Assembly (NCBI GenBank): GCA_034658975.1
Contig: JAYEGJ010000001.1
Location: forward strand, 1,991-65,990
Length of the DNA: 64,000 bases
Direction: 5' to 3'
Source of the DNA: Actinomycetota bacterium
Lineage (GTDB): Bacteria > Actinomycetota > Acidimicrobiia > Spongiisociales > ZC4RG35
Positions 44,756 to 53,496 of this stretch are shown here, piece by piece (positions within the stretch are counted from its first letter, which is position 1; each line of letters opens with the position of its first letter). The position numbers and the translations under genes were made by a program. The notes beneath the pieces are model-generated. The model had not been told where the DNA came from, ran no database searches, and worked only from the letters and a program-made list of their open reading frames with translations.

Positions 44756-45293
44756 GGGGAAGGGGAGTTCCCGGGTCCTGGCCGTGCAGTCGCCAGACCC
44801 GGTATTGGCGACGATCGCACCATTTGCGCTGGCGTTGGCGGCGGGCACGGCGCTCGTGGTCGATTTCGAAAGGAGTGGGCCGCGCTCCTTGGCCGAGTTG
44901 GAGGCCGATGGGCCCCGGCTTGAAGAACTCGCGCCGGGTAGGTCCGGAGTGGCCGTTCTTCCCGGCGGACGGATCGACCTCGGTGTTGCCGTCGATCTGG
45001 TGCACCGCTTGGGAGACAGCTGGCCCGCCGTTGTCGTGCGCCCGCCTGCGGCAGGAGGCTGGCCGGGAGTGACGGTTCCCGTTCTTCCGCTCTATCCGGG
45101 GCGTCTCGGGCCTCGTGAACAGATTGCTGCTGTGTGGCAGCCAATCGGGTCGGGCTCGCGCCCGCCGGGCCCGGGTCCGGTGCTGCCGAGGCTCGGTCGT
45201 CGAACGATTGGTGCCCTTCTCGACGGACGGGTGCCGCCCCGGAGCAGATGGGTCAAGGCGTGGACACCGGTCTGGGGGCTTCCGTGGGCGTAG
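44754..45293 (+). CDS. Tad locus first gene: CpaE/TadZ-like protein, apparently degenerate (no Walker A).
   Basis: Position and weak ParA-like pattern (RVLAVQSPD..., TALVVDFE) without a GKGGVGKT P-loop. Start at internal Met MGKGSS. Confidence 0.4.
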   Translation: MGKGSSRVLAVQSPDPVLATIAPFALALAAGTALVVDFERSGPRSLAELEADGPRLEELAPGRSGVAVLPGGRIDLGVAVDLVHRLGDSWPAVVVRPPAAGGWPGVTVPVLPLYPGRLGPREQIAAVWQPIGSGSRPPGPGPVLPRLGRRTIGALLDGRVPPRSRWVKAWTPVWGLPWA

Positions 45294-46324
45294 TGGATCG
45301 AGTGAGCCGTGCCATCGCCGCCGGCGAGGTAGCCCTCCAGGGAGGGAGCGTGCGAGATGAGGCCCGAAGACGTCTCGGTCACGAGTCGCCATGGATGACC
45401 GAGGCGACGGTCGACGCCGTGGTTCACAGAGTTCTTGGGTTCGGGCCCATCCAGGACTTGATCGAAGACGAGATGGTGACGGACATCCTCGTCAACGGTC
45501 CCGATGAGATATGGGCAGACCGTGGCACGGGCCTCGAGCGGTGTGAGGCGCGCTTCTCCTCTTCCGCCGACATCGTGGCCACGGTCGAGAGGGCGATTGC
45601 TCCTCTCGGTCTTCGCATCGACCGCATGTCGCCGATGGTTGCTGCCCGGCTGCCGGACGGAAGTCGGCTCCAGGCCGTGCTGCCACCAGCCTCGGTCGAC
45701 TTCCCGCTCGTCGCCATCCGCAGGTTCACCCAGAGAGTGGCCTCCCTCGATGATCTGGTGGCCAGCGGCGCGGCGACCGAGGACCAGGCAATCAGGCTGC
45801 GGACCGCCGTCAGCGAAGGCCGGACCCTGGTGGTGTCCGGCGGCACGGGGGCGGGGAAGACCACCCTTCTCAACGTCCTCGGCGAATTCATAGGGGACGA
45901 CGAGCGTGTGGTCACGATCGAGGACGCTGCCGAGCTGTCTCTTCCCGGTCATGTAGTCCGTCTCGAGGCCCGACCCGCCAACGCCGAGGGTGCTGGTGAG
46001 ATCACCATTCGATCCTTGCTCAAGTCCGCCCTGCGGCTCCGGCCCGACCGGATCATCGTTGGTGAGGTGCGGGGACCAGAGGCGCTCGATTTGGTCTGGG
46101 CTCTGAACACCGGCCATCGGGGATCAATGACGACGGTCCACGCCAATTCACCGGAAGAAGCCATCTGGAGGATCGAGACGCTTGCTCTGTCTGCCGGCGA
46201 AACCTCGGAGTCGGGAGTCGTGCGTCAGCTTCGGGCCGCCGTGGACGTCGTTTGTCAGATAGAGCGCACCGCCAATGGTCGGCGGATAACGGATGTCGTC
46301 GAGATGGAGGAGATTGGCCAGTGA
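45248..46324 (+). CDS. cpaF: Tad pilus ATPase CpaF/TadA (type II/IV secretion ATPase). Start uncertain (ATG 45248 or GTG about 45294).
   Basis: Walker [11 protein letters not shown], Walker B/Asp box RIIVGEVRG, His box [17 protein letters not shown]. Confidence 0.9.
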   Translation: MGQGVDTGLGASVGVVDRVSRAIAAGEVALQGGSVRDEARRRLGHESPWMTEATVDAVVHRVLGFGPIQDLIEDEMVTDILVNGPDEIWADRGTGLERCEARFSSSADIVATVERAIAPLGLRIDRMSPMVAARLPDGSRLQAVLPPASVDFPLVAIRRFTQRVASLDDLVASGAATEDQAIRLRTAVSEGRTLVVSGGTGAGKTTLLNVLGEFIGDDERVVTIEDAAELSLPGHVVRLEARPANAEGAGEITIRSLLKSALRLRPDRIIVGEVRGPEALDLVWALNTGHRGSMTTVHANSPEEAIWRIETLALSAGETSESGVVRQLRAAVDVVCQIERTANGRRITDVVEMEEIGQ

Positions 46325-46947
46325 TCGAACTTTTGGGGCTCGGGCTCGCCGTTGTGGGAGGCATGGACTACCGGCGGGTCGCCGTGCTTGTTCTGGCACT
46401 CACCGTCCCGATCTTGGTCTTGGTCATGGCGGCCGTATTGGCGTTGAGAAGGCGCCGCAAGGAGGAGACGCTGTCGGCGCTGTTCTGCGAGGGAGTGGCT
46501 TCTGAACTTCGGGCCGGCTCGAATCTCGCCGACGCTCTCGCCGTGACCGCCCGGGGCGTGGAGATAGAAGTAGACGCGGGCAGTGCCGCCGACATGGCAC
46601 GCCAACTGAGTGCGCGCCTACCGGACATCGGTCGCGAGCTGGAGGCGACGATCCGGGCTGCGGCGTTCGCAGGGTCCCGAATCGGGGACCTGTTCGATGA
46701 GATCGGATCACTGGCGATAGCGCAGGCTGAGATCTCACGCGAGGTTCGTGTGGCGACGGCCCCGGCCAAGGTCACGGCATCGATATTCGTCGGAGCGCCC
46801 GTCGCCTATCTGGTCGCTCAGGGAAGATTCGGGACCGTTGGTGGTCTGATCGAGTCGACTGGCCAGCAGGTGGCAGGTTCGCTGGGTCTCGGGTTGTTCA
46901 TGGTCGGCCTTGGATTGGTTGGCGTCATCATGTGGCGGGCAGCGTGA
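46321..46947 (+). CDS. tadB: TadB-like pilus assembly membrane protein (T2SS-F domain).
   Basis: GTGA overlap with the cpaF stop. TM N-terminus and GspF-like region (ADALAVTARGVE...). Confidence 0.65.
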   Translation: MIELLGLGLAVVGGMDYRRVAVLVLALTVPILVLVMAAVLALRRRRKEETLSALFCEGVASELRAGSNLADALAVTARGVEIEVDAGSAADMARQLSARLPDIGRELEATIRAAAFAGSRIGDLFDEIGSLAIAQAEISREVRVATAPAKVTASIFVGAPVAYLVAQGRFGTVGGLIESTGQQVAGSLGLGLFMVGLGLVGVIMWRAA

Positions 46948-47486
46948 GCACCGCCGCGATAGGAGGGGCAGTCGGGTTCATGGTTGCCGGCCTTCCCGGT
47001 GCGCTGGTAGGCGCCGGTTTGGCCACGGTGGTGTCCAGACGTCGATCGGTCACAGTGCCTCTTCCGACCCGACGCCTCGTCTTGTTGTTGCTTCTGGTCG
47101 AGCTCCGCTCGGGCCTCTCGGTGCTCGCCGCTCTTCAGGGTGTTTCTGAGGGTCTGCCTGATGACCATGATCTGCGGAGAGTGGCTCGCGTCGCAACGGT
47201 CTCCGGTCTGACTTCATCGCTTTCCGAGGCGTCTCCAAGGTTGCGGCCCTTGGTGGCGCAGCTCGCCCGAGCCCAGCGTTCCGGAAGCTCACTGTCGAAT
47301 GTTGTTCGCGTGATGCTCGACCAGGACATTGCCACCGAGAGGGCGGAGCGTTTGAGCAAGGCACGTTCGTTGCCTGTTCGCCTGATGATCCCGGTCACCC
47401 TTCTGATGCTCCCGGGTCTTGTTTTGATGCTCTATGCCCCGAGCCTGCTGCGGCTCTTCGACGACCTCATTGGGGCCTGGTCGTGA
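46944..47486 (+). CDS. tadC: TadC-like pilus assembly membrane protein (T2SS-F domain).
   Basis: Overlapping GTG start. C-terminal TM LMIPVTLLMLPGLVLMLYAPSLL. Confidence 0.65.
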   Translation: MSTAAIGGAVGFMVAGLPGALVGAGLATVVSRRRSVTVPLPTRRLVLLLLLVELRSGLSVLAALQGVSEGLPDDHDLRRVARVATVSGLTSSLSEASPRLRPLVAQLARAQRSGSSLSNVVRVMLDQDIATERAERLSKARSLPVRLMIPVTLLMLPGLVLMLYAPSLLRLFDDLIGAWS

Positions 47487-47555
47487 TCTCCGCACTTCTC
47501 CCCGCACCGGTCGGCCACCGGTTTGAAAGGAGTGTCTGTGACACGTATTTGGTCA

Positions 47556-47735
47556 ATGATTCTGAGCCGCCGGGGAGAGGAGAGCGGTCAAGCGACTGTC
47601 GAGTACTTCCTCGTCATCCTCGCGGCCAGCGCCCTCGCCGTGATCGCCCTGAAGTGGCTTCAATCCGGGAGTGGTGGCGGGTTGCTGGGCGACCTGTTCG
47701 GGAAGGTCGTCTCATGGGTGGTCGGACTGTTCTGA
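47556..47735 (+). CDS. flp: Flp-family pilin (about 60 aa prepilin).
   Basis: Class III leader plus the G|QATVEYFLVILAASALAVIA Flp motif. Confidence 0.65.
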   Translation: MILSRRGEESGQATVEYFLVILAASALAVIALKWLQSGSGGGLLGDLFGKVVSWVVGLF

Positions 47736-48097
47736 CATCCCAGGAGGGAAGCGTGACCATCGAGTTCTTCCTGGTGATCCCGCTGGTGATCTTGGTCCTG
47801 GTTGGTGGTCTCCAGGTGATCTCGATAGCGCGGGCCCGGGTCGAGCTCGTTGGGGCAGCACGGGAAGGAGTGCGAGTCGCCGCCACGACGCCAGATCCCG
47901 CACGGGCGGTATCGGCCGTGGAGGCGGCGCTCCCTCCCGGCGTTCGCGACCGGGCGCGAATCTCGGTGGTCAGGCCCTCGGTGGTGGGTCAGCCGGCTCG
48001 CGTCTCGGTCACGGTGCGTCATCTGCTCGGGGTCCCGTTCCCTGACGGGTTCGGAGTCGACCTCTCCGCATCGGCAGTCATGCGCGTCGAGCGATGA
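47714..48097 (+). CDS. TadE-like pseudopilin/pilus assembly protein.
   Basis: N-terminal EGSVTIEFFLVIPLVILVLVGGLQV TadE motif. Confidence 0.7.
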   Translation: MGGRTVLTSQEGSVTIEFFLVIPLVILVLVGGLQVISIARARVELVGAAREGVRVAATTPDPARAVSAVEAALPPGVRDRARISVVRPSVVGQPARVSVTVRHLLGVPFPDGFGVDLSASAVMRVER

Positions 48098-48480
48098 AGA
48101 GCGAAAGGGGGGCGGCCGCCATGGCGATGGCAGGCATAGCGGGCGTGCTCGCTGCAGTGGCCATCGCAGCCGCCTCTCTTTCGGTTCTCTACACAGCGAG
48201 AGTCCAGGCCGTCGTGGCGGCCGACGCCGCAGCGCTGGCAGCAGCGCCGGCGACATTCCCGGGAACCTCGCAGGACACTCCGGTCACCGCTGCTCGACAG
48301 ATGGCGTCCGCCAACGGAGCGCTCCTCGTTTCGTGTGATTGTCGAAACGATGTCTCACTCTCTGCTCGTGTCGTCGAGGTGAGGACGGCGGTCGAGGTGT
48401 CGGTTCCTGTGTTCGGGAGGCAGAGGGTTCATGCGACGTCACGAGCCGAGTTCGACCCGCGGGCGTGGCTGGTGCCCTGA
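48094..48480 (+). CDS. TadE-like / helicase-secretion-neighbourhood protein (Rv3654c-3655c type).
   Basis: ERGAAAMAMAGIAGVLAAVAIAAASL N-terminus. Its 3' end carries the 61-bp direct repeat. Confidence 0.65.
   Translation: MKSERGAAAMAMAGIAGVLAAVAIAAASLSVLYTARVQAVVAADAAALAAAPATFPGTSQDTPVTAARQMASANGALLVSCDCRNDVSLSARVVEVRTAVEVSVPVFGRQRVHATSRAEFDPRAWLVP
48366..48426 (+). repeat. Perfect 61-bp direct repeat, copy 1 (inside the 3' end of the last tad gene).
   Basis: tcgtgtcgtcgaggtgaggacggcggtcgaggtgtcggttcctgtgttcgggaggcagagg is identical to 49671-49731. Confidence 0.85.
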
Positions 48481-48773
48481 CCCGACCACCAAACCGGCGA
48501 ATCGCTCAGATCCTTATCACCGATCCTGAGCCACAGATGTTCCACGGTGAGGTCGTCTCTCGAGGCGCTGAGCGTGTCGGCTACATGAGGGCTGCGTCAT
48601 ATGGGCTCACCCTCGGTGCTGCGGTCGGCCTGGCGATGATCGAAGCAGGCGAGTCCGTGACCACGGCCTACATCGAAGACGGCTCATGGGAAGTGGAGGT
48701 AGCCGATCGCATCTATCCAGCGACGGCCTCGCTCCGTCCTCTCTATGATCCCACCTCCGCACGGGTGCGTTGA
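48481..48773 (+). pseudogene. 3'-terminal remnant (about 97 codons) of a GcvT-family aminomethyltransferase / sarcosine-dimethylglycine oxidase gene.
   Basis: ILITDPEPQMFHGEVVSRGAERVGYMRAASYGLTLGAAVGLAMIE...RPLYDPTSARVR matches only the C-terminal barrel and end motif (PFYDPEN.R) of GcvT-family proteins. No N-terminal 270 aa is present. Confidence 0.6.
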
Positions 48774-48834
48774 GCGTCCGTTTAGCGGAGTGATGTAGGT
48801 TTGCGTCGCAAACATTTCGTATTTGGAGGAATGA

Positions 48835-49380
48835 ATGAAACGGCTCGCTATCGTCCTGGCTCTTGCCCTGGTATTCGCCGCATGTTCCGGCACGGAACCA
48901 GGGTCAGATCCCGAATCGGCCGATGATCCAGTGACGACGGCGGCGGCTTCACAGGACACGCAAGCTCCAGCTGATGAGCCAGAGCCGGAAGAACCTGCTG
49001 AGGAGCAGGCCCCCGCGCCTCAGGGCGAGGTTGCGATCACGTTGACCATTGGTGATGAGACCTGGGAGTTCATTGGGTCCCTATGCGCTTATGTCAACGC
49101 GCTCCCCGGCGACGAAGGCTCGGAGTGGAACGTCTCCATGGTCCAGGACGGACTACAGGTTTATATCAGCGACGACTCGTTTGGCACCTTGGTCTCTATG
49201 GCCGACATCGAGAATGGTGCTAATGCGACCGTCAACTGGGAAGCTTCAGGCGACAACCTCCAGCTGACGGTCGACGGAAACGACATCAGTGCCACAGGAA
49301 CGTTCAGAGACGAGGTGAACGGTGGCACTGCCGAGGGCACCCTCTCGGCAACCTGCGCTGATTGGTTCGACGCGACCTAG
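48835..49380 (+). CDS. Lipoprotein, acidic/Pro-rich, hypothetical.
   Basis: Signal peptide plus lipobox LVFAACSG. Confidence 0.6.
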   Translation: MKRLAIVLALALVFAACSGTEPGSDPESADDPVTTAAASQDTQAPADEPEPEEPAEEQAPAPQGEVAITLTIGDETWEFIGSLCAYVNALPGDEGSEWNVSMVQDGLQVYISDDSFGTLVSMADIENGANATVNWEASGDNLQLTVDGNDISATGTFRDEVNGGTAEGTLSATCADWFDAT

Positions 49381-49670
49381 TGCCCCGACCGCCAATGTTT
49401 GCCGCGTTCAGGACGGCCAGTGGCGCCCCTGGCTGTGTCCTCGTCCTCGACGAACGGCCAGGTGCGCCTTCGTCCTGCGTCCTTGCCAGAGACACCCCTG
49501 CCTCGCCCTGATCATCGCCAACGTTACCGGCCAGAGCACTAGTCGATGATTTCCTTGGAGGCGGCTGGCCGGGCAACGGTGTTCTCTTTCGGGGTGATGA
49601 CGACCTTGTCTAAGGCACCAGTGAAGGGGAGCGGACTTCCGTCGTAAGCGGGGTCGCCCGGTCGTGTCGT

Positions 49671-49731
49671 CGAGGTGAGGACGGCGGTCGAGGTGTCGGT
49701 TCCTGTGTTCGGGAGGCAGAGGCGCCTCTGC
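49671..49731 (+). repeat. Perfect 61-bp direct repeat, copy 2 (intergenic, upstream of polX). An adjacent imperfect 45-bp duplication lies at 49501-49545 and 49741-49780.
   Basis: Identical to 48366-48426. The neighbouring segments tcgccctgatcatcgccaacgttaccggccagagcact and tcgccctgaacatcgccaacgccaccggccagggcact match each other. Confidence 0.85.
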
Positions 49732-49792
49732 ATCGCCCTGAACATCGCCAACGCCACCGGCCAGGGCACTGGGTAGGTGATAATCAGGGGCG

Positions 49793-51523
49793 ATGGCCAC
49801 CAGAACAGACCACATGAGGATGCTCGCCGAACTGGCCAGGCTCACCATTCTGGATGAGGGCTCTCCCCAGGCGTTCAAGGTGCGGGCCTACGAGAACGCC
49901 ATGGCCGGAATCGAGGCTTTCCCCGGGGAGCTGGGCTCACTATCGAAAGCCGAACTGACCACGATCAAGGGGGTTGGTCCGGCGACGGCGGACAAGATCA
50001 TCGAGTTCGAGACCACGGGCAAGGTCGCCAAGCTCGAGGCCCTGAGAGAAAAGTACCCCTCGGCCTTCGTGGAGCTGACAAAGATCCCGGGTCTCGGGCC
50101 CAAGACCCTTTTGATGCTCCGTGCGACCATCGGAGTCGAGGACATCGACAGCCTGAGGAAAGCGATCGACAACCAGCAATTGAGGGAACTCCCCGGCCTC
50201 GGCGAGAAGTCTGAGGTCAAGATCGCCAAGGCGATCGACCGACTCGGCCTCCACGGCAAGGACCGTCGCACACCTCTGGCGGAAGCGTGGGGCCTGGCCG
50301 GAGCGCTGGCCGGCCGCCTGTCATTGATCGAGGGAGTGACCGATGCGATTCCATGTGGATCGATCAGGCGATTCTCCGAGTCGATAGGAGACGTCGACAT
50401 CGTGGTTGCGACCACCGACCCCGAAAGGGTCAGCGCCGAGGTCCTTGGGTTCACAGAGGTCGATGACGTGATCGGTGCCGGGACGACCAAGACCTCCTTC
50501 CTCACCAGGGAGGGGCTCCAGGTGGACATTCGCACCGTGTCCCCGGACCAGTTGGGCTCTGCTCTGCTCTACTTCACCGGTTCCAAGGCCCACAACATCG
50601 CCCTTCGCCAGCGGGCCATCGATCGAGGGATGCTGCTCAGCGAGTACGGGCTGTTCAGGGACGAGGAGGTCGTGGCATCGGGTTCCGAGTCCGAGATTTA
50701 TACCGCTTTGGAGATGGAATACGTCCCGCCGCCGCTTCGGGAGAATGCGGGTGAGGTTGAGGCTGCCTCCGAAAAGGGGATGCCTGATCTGATCGAGCGC
50801 TCCGACATCAAGGGAGACCTTCACTATCACTCCGATAGATCAGGGGACTCGCGGTCGTCACCTGAAGAGATGATCGAGGCGGCGATCGAGGCCGGATACG
50901 AGTATGTCGCCTTTACCGATCATGGCGAGGACCTGACCATCAACGGGTCCAGTAGAGCCGAGATGCTCGCCCACCGTGACCGGCTGACGACTCTCGACGG
51001 GGCCTATCCCGAGATCAGGGTCCTTTTCGGATGCGAGTTGAACATCGGCCCTGATGGTGGTCTGGATTACGACGCCGATTTTCGCCTCGAGTTCGACTAC
51101 TGCGTAGCCTCGATCCACTCCCACTTCGATCTGTCCGCCGATCAGCAAACAGCTCGAATCCTCAAGGCCCTCCAGGACCCGGCCGTGAACGCCATCGGAC
51201 ACCTGACCGGCCGATACGTGGGTCGGCGGCCGGGCATCGAGCTCGATGTCGGGGCCGTGTTGCAGGGGTTGAGAATCACCGGTGTGGCCCTTGAGATCAA
51301 CGGCGCCCTGGATCGCCTGGACGCGGCATCGGACGTGGCTCGCCGGGCGATGGCGGAAGGAGTCGACGTCGTGATCGACACCGATTCGCATCACACTCGG
51401 GACCTCAAGCGGATGGACTACGGCGTGCTCTACGCACAGCGGGGATGGGTCACGAAGGATCGCGTGCTGAATGCCAGGCCCGTAACCGACGTGTTGGCGG
51501 CGGTAGCTGCTCGCCGGTCGTAG
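49793..51523 (+). CDS. polX: DNA polymerase X family protein with a C-terminal PHP phosphoesterase domain (PolX).
   Basis: HhH motifs (IKGVGPATADKIIEF, IPGLGPKTLL), a Pol-beta-like nucleotidyltransferase region, and PHP His motifs (HYHSDRSGDS, FTDHGEDL). Confidence 0.9.
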   Translation: MATRTDHMRMLAELARLTILDEGSPQAFKVRAYENAMAGIEAFPGELGSLSKAELTTIKGVGPATADKIIEFETTGKVAKLEALREKYPSAFVELTKIPGLGPKTLLMLRATIGVEDIDSLRKAIDNQQLRELPGLGEKSEVKIAKAIDRLGLHGKDRRTPLAEAWGLAGALAGRLSLIEGVTDAIPCGSIRRFSESIGDVDIVVATTDPERVSAEVLGFTEVDDVIGAGTTKTSFLTREGLQVDIRTVSPDQLGSALLYFTGSKAHNIALRQRAIDRGMLLSEYGLFRDEEVVASGSESEIYTALEMEYVPPPLRENAGEVEAASEKGMPDLIERSDIKGDLHYHSDRSGDSRSSPEEMIEAAIEAGYEYVAFTDHGEDLTINGSSRAEMLAHRDRLTTLDGAYPEIRVLFGCELNIGPDGGLDYDADFRLEFDYCVASIHSHFDLSADQQTARILKALQDPAVNAIGHLTGRYVGRRPGIELDVGAVLQGLRITGVALEINGALDRLDAASDVARRAMAEGVDVVIDTDSHHTRDLKRMDYGVLYAQRGWVTKDRVLNARPVTDVLAAVAARRS

Positions 51524-51533
51524 GGTTGCACCC

Positions 51534-51959
51534 ATGGCGAAGCAGTACGAGATCACAACGCCGATCCGGATGGTCAATGCCGTGATGAGCTTTACGTCCC
51601 GCCGGGGATGGGGGGGCCAGCATCTGCTCACCACGACCGGGAGAAAGAGTGGCGAGCCCAGATCGGTGCCGGTCACCCCGCTGATCGTGGACGGCGTGGA
51701 GTACCTGGTTGCGCCTTATGGTGCGGTGGGATGGGTCCACAACATGAGGGCGAACCCCGCGGTGACCTTTCAGAACGGGAGGGAAGTGCGTTCCTGCACG
51801 GTCACCGAGGTCACGGGCCAGGTTCCCGAGGTGGTCAAGGAGTACTACGAGAAGATCCCCATCGTCCGGCCCTACATGGATCTTCCCGATTCGCCGACTG
51901 TGGAGGATTTCGCCCGCACCGGAGACGCCTATCCGGTGTTCCGTGTTGAGGTCGACTAG
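51534..51959 (+). CDS. Deazaflavin (F420)-dependent nitroreductase family protein (DUF385).
   Basis: LLTTTGRKSGEPRSVPVTPLIVDGVEYLVAPYG matches the DUF385/PNPOx-like signature. Confidence 0.7.
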   Translation: MAKQYEITTPIRMVNAVMSFTSRRGWGGQHLLTTTGRKSGEPRSVPVTPLIVDGVEYLVAPYGAVGWVHNMRANPAVTFQNGREVRSCTVTEVTGQVPEVVKEYYEKIPIVRPYMDLPDSPTVEDFARTGDAYPVFRVEVD

Positions 51960-51996
51960 TGGCCCGTCACTTCGATCCTTGTAATTCGTCTTCCGA

Positions 51997-53355
51997 GTGG
52001 TGAAAGTGTCGCCATTGGCGACATCATCGAAGGAGACCCCCCAGGTGCCATCCACCTACGTCCTCGACACGTGTGTTCTGCTCGCCGACCCCCAATCCCT
52101 GCTCCGATTCGATGAACACGACGTGGTGCTGCCGCTCGTGGTCGTCGAGGAGCTCGACCGGAAGAAGACCCGGTTGGATGAGGTCGGCGCCAATGCCCGG
52201 GCGGCCATCAGGCTGCTCGAGGAGTTGGGTGCTTCCCGAGACGGGGGTTTGCGCGATCCCGTAGACCTGCCTGCGGGGGGATCGATCCGAATAGAGCTCA
52301 ACGGGATCACCTCCGAGCGTCTTCCCATCGCCCTCGATCCACACACACCGGATCACCGGATTCTCGCCACCTGCCTGAACCTTGACGACGACGACGGCGA
52401 TGCGGTGCTGGTGACAAAGGATGCAGCCCTTCGGATCAAGGGGGCGCAACTGGGTGTGGCGGTACAGGACTACCGGGCCGACACGGTTCCGGTGGAGGAG
52501 CTTCACTCGGGTCTGGTGGAGCATCAGACCGACGCGGGGACGATCGACCGCCTCTACGACGAGGGCAAGTTGGAGATCGGCGCCGTCGACGCCGTGGTCA
52601 ACGAGTTCGTTGTCCTCAAGTGCGGTGAGTCGAGATCGGCGCTTGCCCGCGTGATTCAGGCCGAGCCGACGACTGTCGTTGAGAGGATGCCGACCCACGT
52701 GAGAGCGTTTGGGGTCGAGCCGAAGAACGTTCGTCAGACGGTGGCGATGCACCAATTGCTCGATCCGGATGTTCCCGCGGTGTCGCTGATGGGTATGGCG
52801 GGCACCGGCAAGACCTTCCTTGCGTTGGCCACCGCTCTCGAACAGGTACTCGAGCAAGGCCGTTACAGAAGGGTCTCGGTATACCGGCCGCTGGTAGCCG
52901 TCGGCCGACAGGAAGTGGGCTACCTGCCGGGGGATCTGAGCGAGAAGTTGACCCCCTGGATGGCGGCCGTTCATGACAATCTCTATGCGCTGTTTTCCGA
53001 TGCCGGGGTCGAGGGGGCCCGCGGTGCCATCGAAGAACTCGTCGAGCGAGGCGAGTTGGAGATGGCCGCGGTTACTTACCTTCGGGGACGATCGATCACA
53101 GGCGAGTTCGTGATCATCGACGAAGCCCAGAATCTGGAGCTACCCACTCTCAAGGTGATACTCACCCGTATGTCCCGGGACTCGAAGGTGGTCTTCTGTG
53201 GTGACCTCTCACAGGTGGACAACCCGTACATCTCGCCCTTTGGCGGCATGGCGGCGTTGATAGAGAAGTTCAAGGGCACGTCCCTGTTCGCCCACATCTC
53301 GCTGGAACGGTCGGTTCGTTCCCCGCTGGCCGAGATGGCCGCCACCGTCCTCTAG
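51997..53355 (+). CDS. PhoH-like ATPase with an N-terminal PIN domain (YlaK family).
   Basis: PIN acidic residues (YVLDTCVLL...VVVEELD) and PhoH Walker A (GMAGTGKTFLALA). Confidence 0.85.
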   Translation: MVKVSPLATSSKETPQVPSTYVLDTCVLLADPQSLLRFDEHDVVLPLVVVEELDRKKTRLDEVGANARAAIRLLEELGASRDGGLRDPVDLPAGGSIRIELNGITSERLPIALDPHTPDHRILATCLNLDDDDGDAVLVTKDAALRIKGAQLGVAVQDYRADTVPVEELHSGLVEHQTDAGTIDRLYDEGKLEIGAVDAVVNEFVVLKCGESRSALARVIQAEPTTVVERMPTHVRAFGVEPKNVRQTVAMHQLLDPDVPAVSLMGMAGTGKTFLALATALEQVLEQGRYRRVSVYRPLVAVGRQEVGYLPGDLSEKLTPWMAAVHDNLYALFSDAGVEGARGAIEELVERGELEMAAVTYLRGRSITGEFVIIDEAQNLELPTLKVILTRMSRDSKVVFCGDLSQVDNPYISPFGGMAALIEKFKGTSLFAHISLERSVRSPLAEMAATVL

Positions 53356-53366
53356 CCGGATCTAAC

Positions 53367-53482
53367 TACCTCAGGTAGTTGGAGCCGTATATGGGTCGAA
53401 CTGCCTCGAGAAACCGTGGCGGCGTCCTCAGACGTTTTTCTCGAGGCGATTAGACCCGTATGTGGGTCTAAGAACCTGAGGT
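53367..53482. repeat. MITE-like intergenic repeat family B, copy 2 (116 bp, perfect ACCTCAGGT/ACCTGAGGT terminal inverted repeat).
   Basis: Homologous to 20437-20541. GCCGTATATGGGTC and GACCCGTATGTGGGTC boxes. Shared CTCGAGAAA core. Confidence 0.7.
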
Positions 53483-53496
53483 TTTCAGACCCACCC

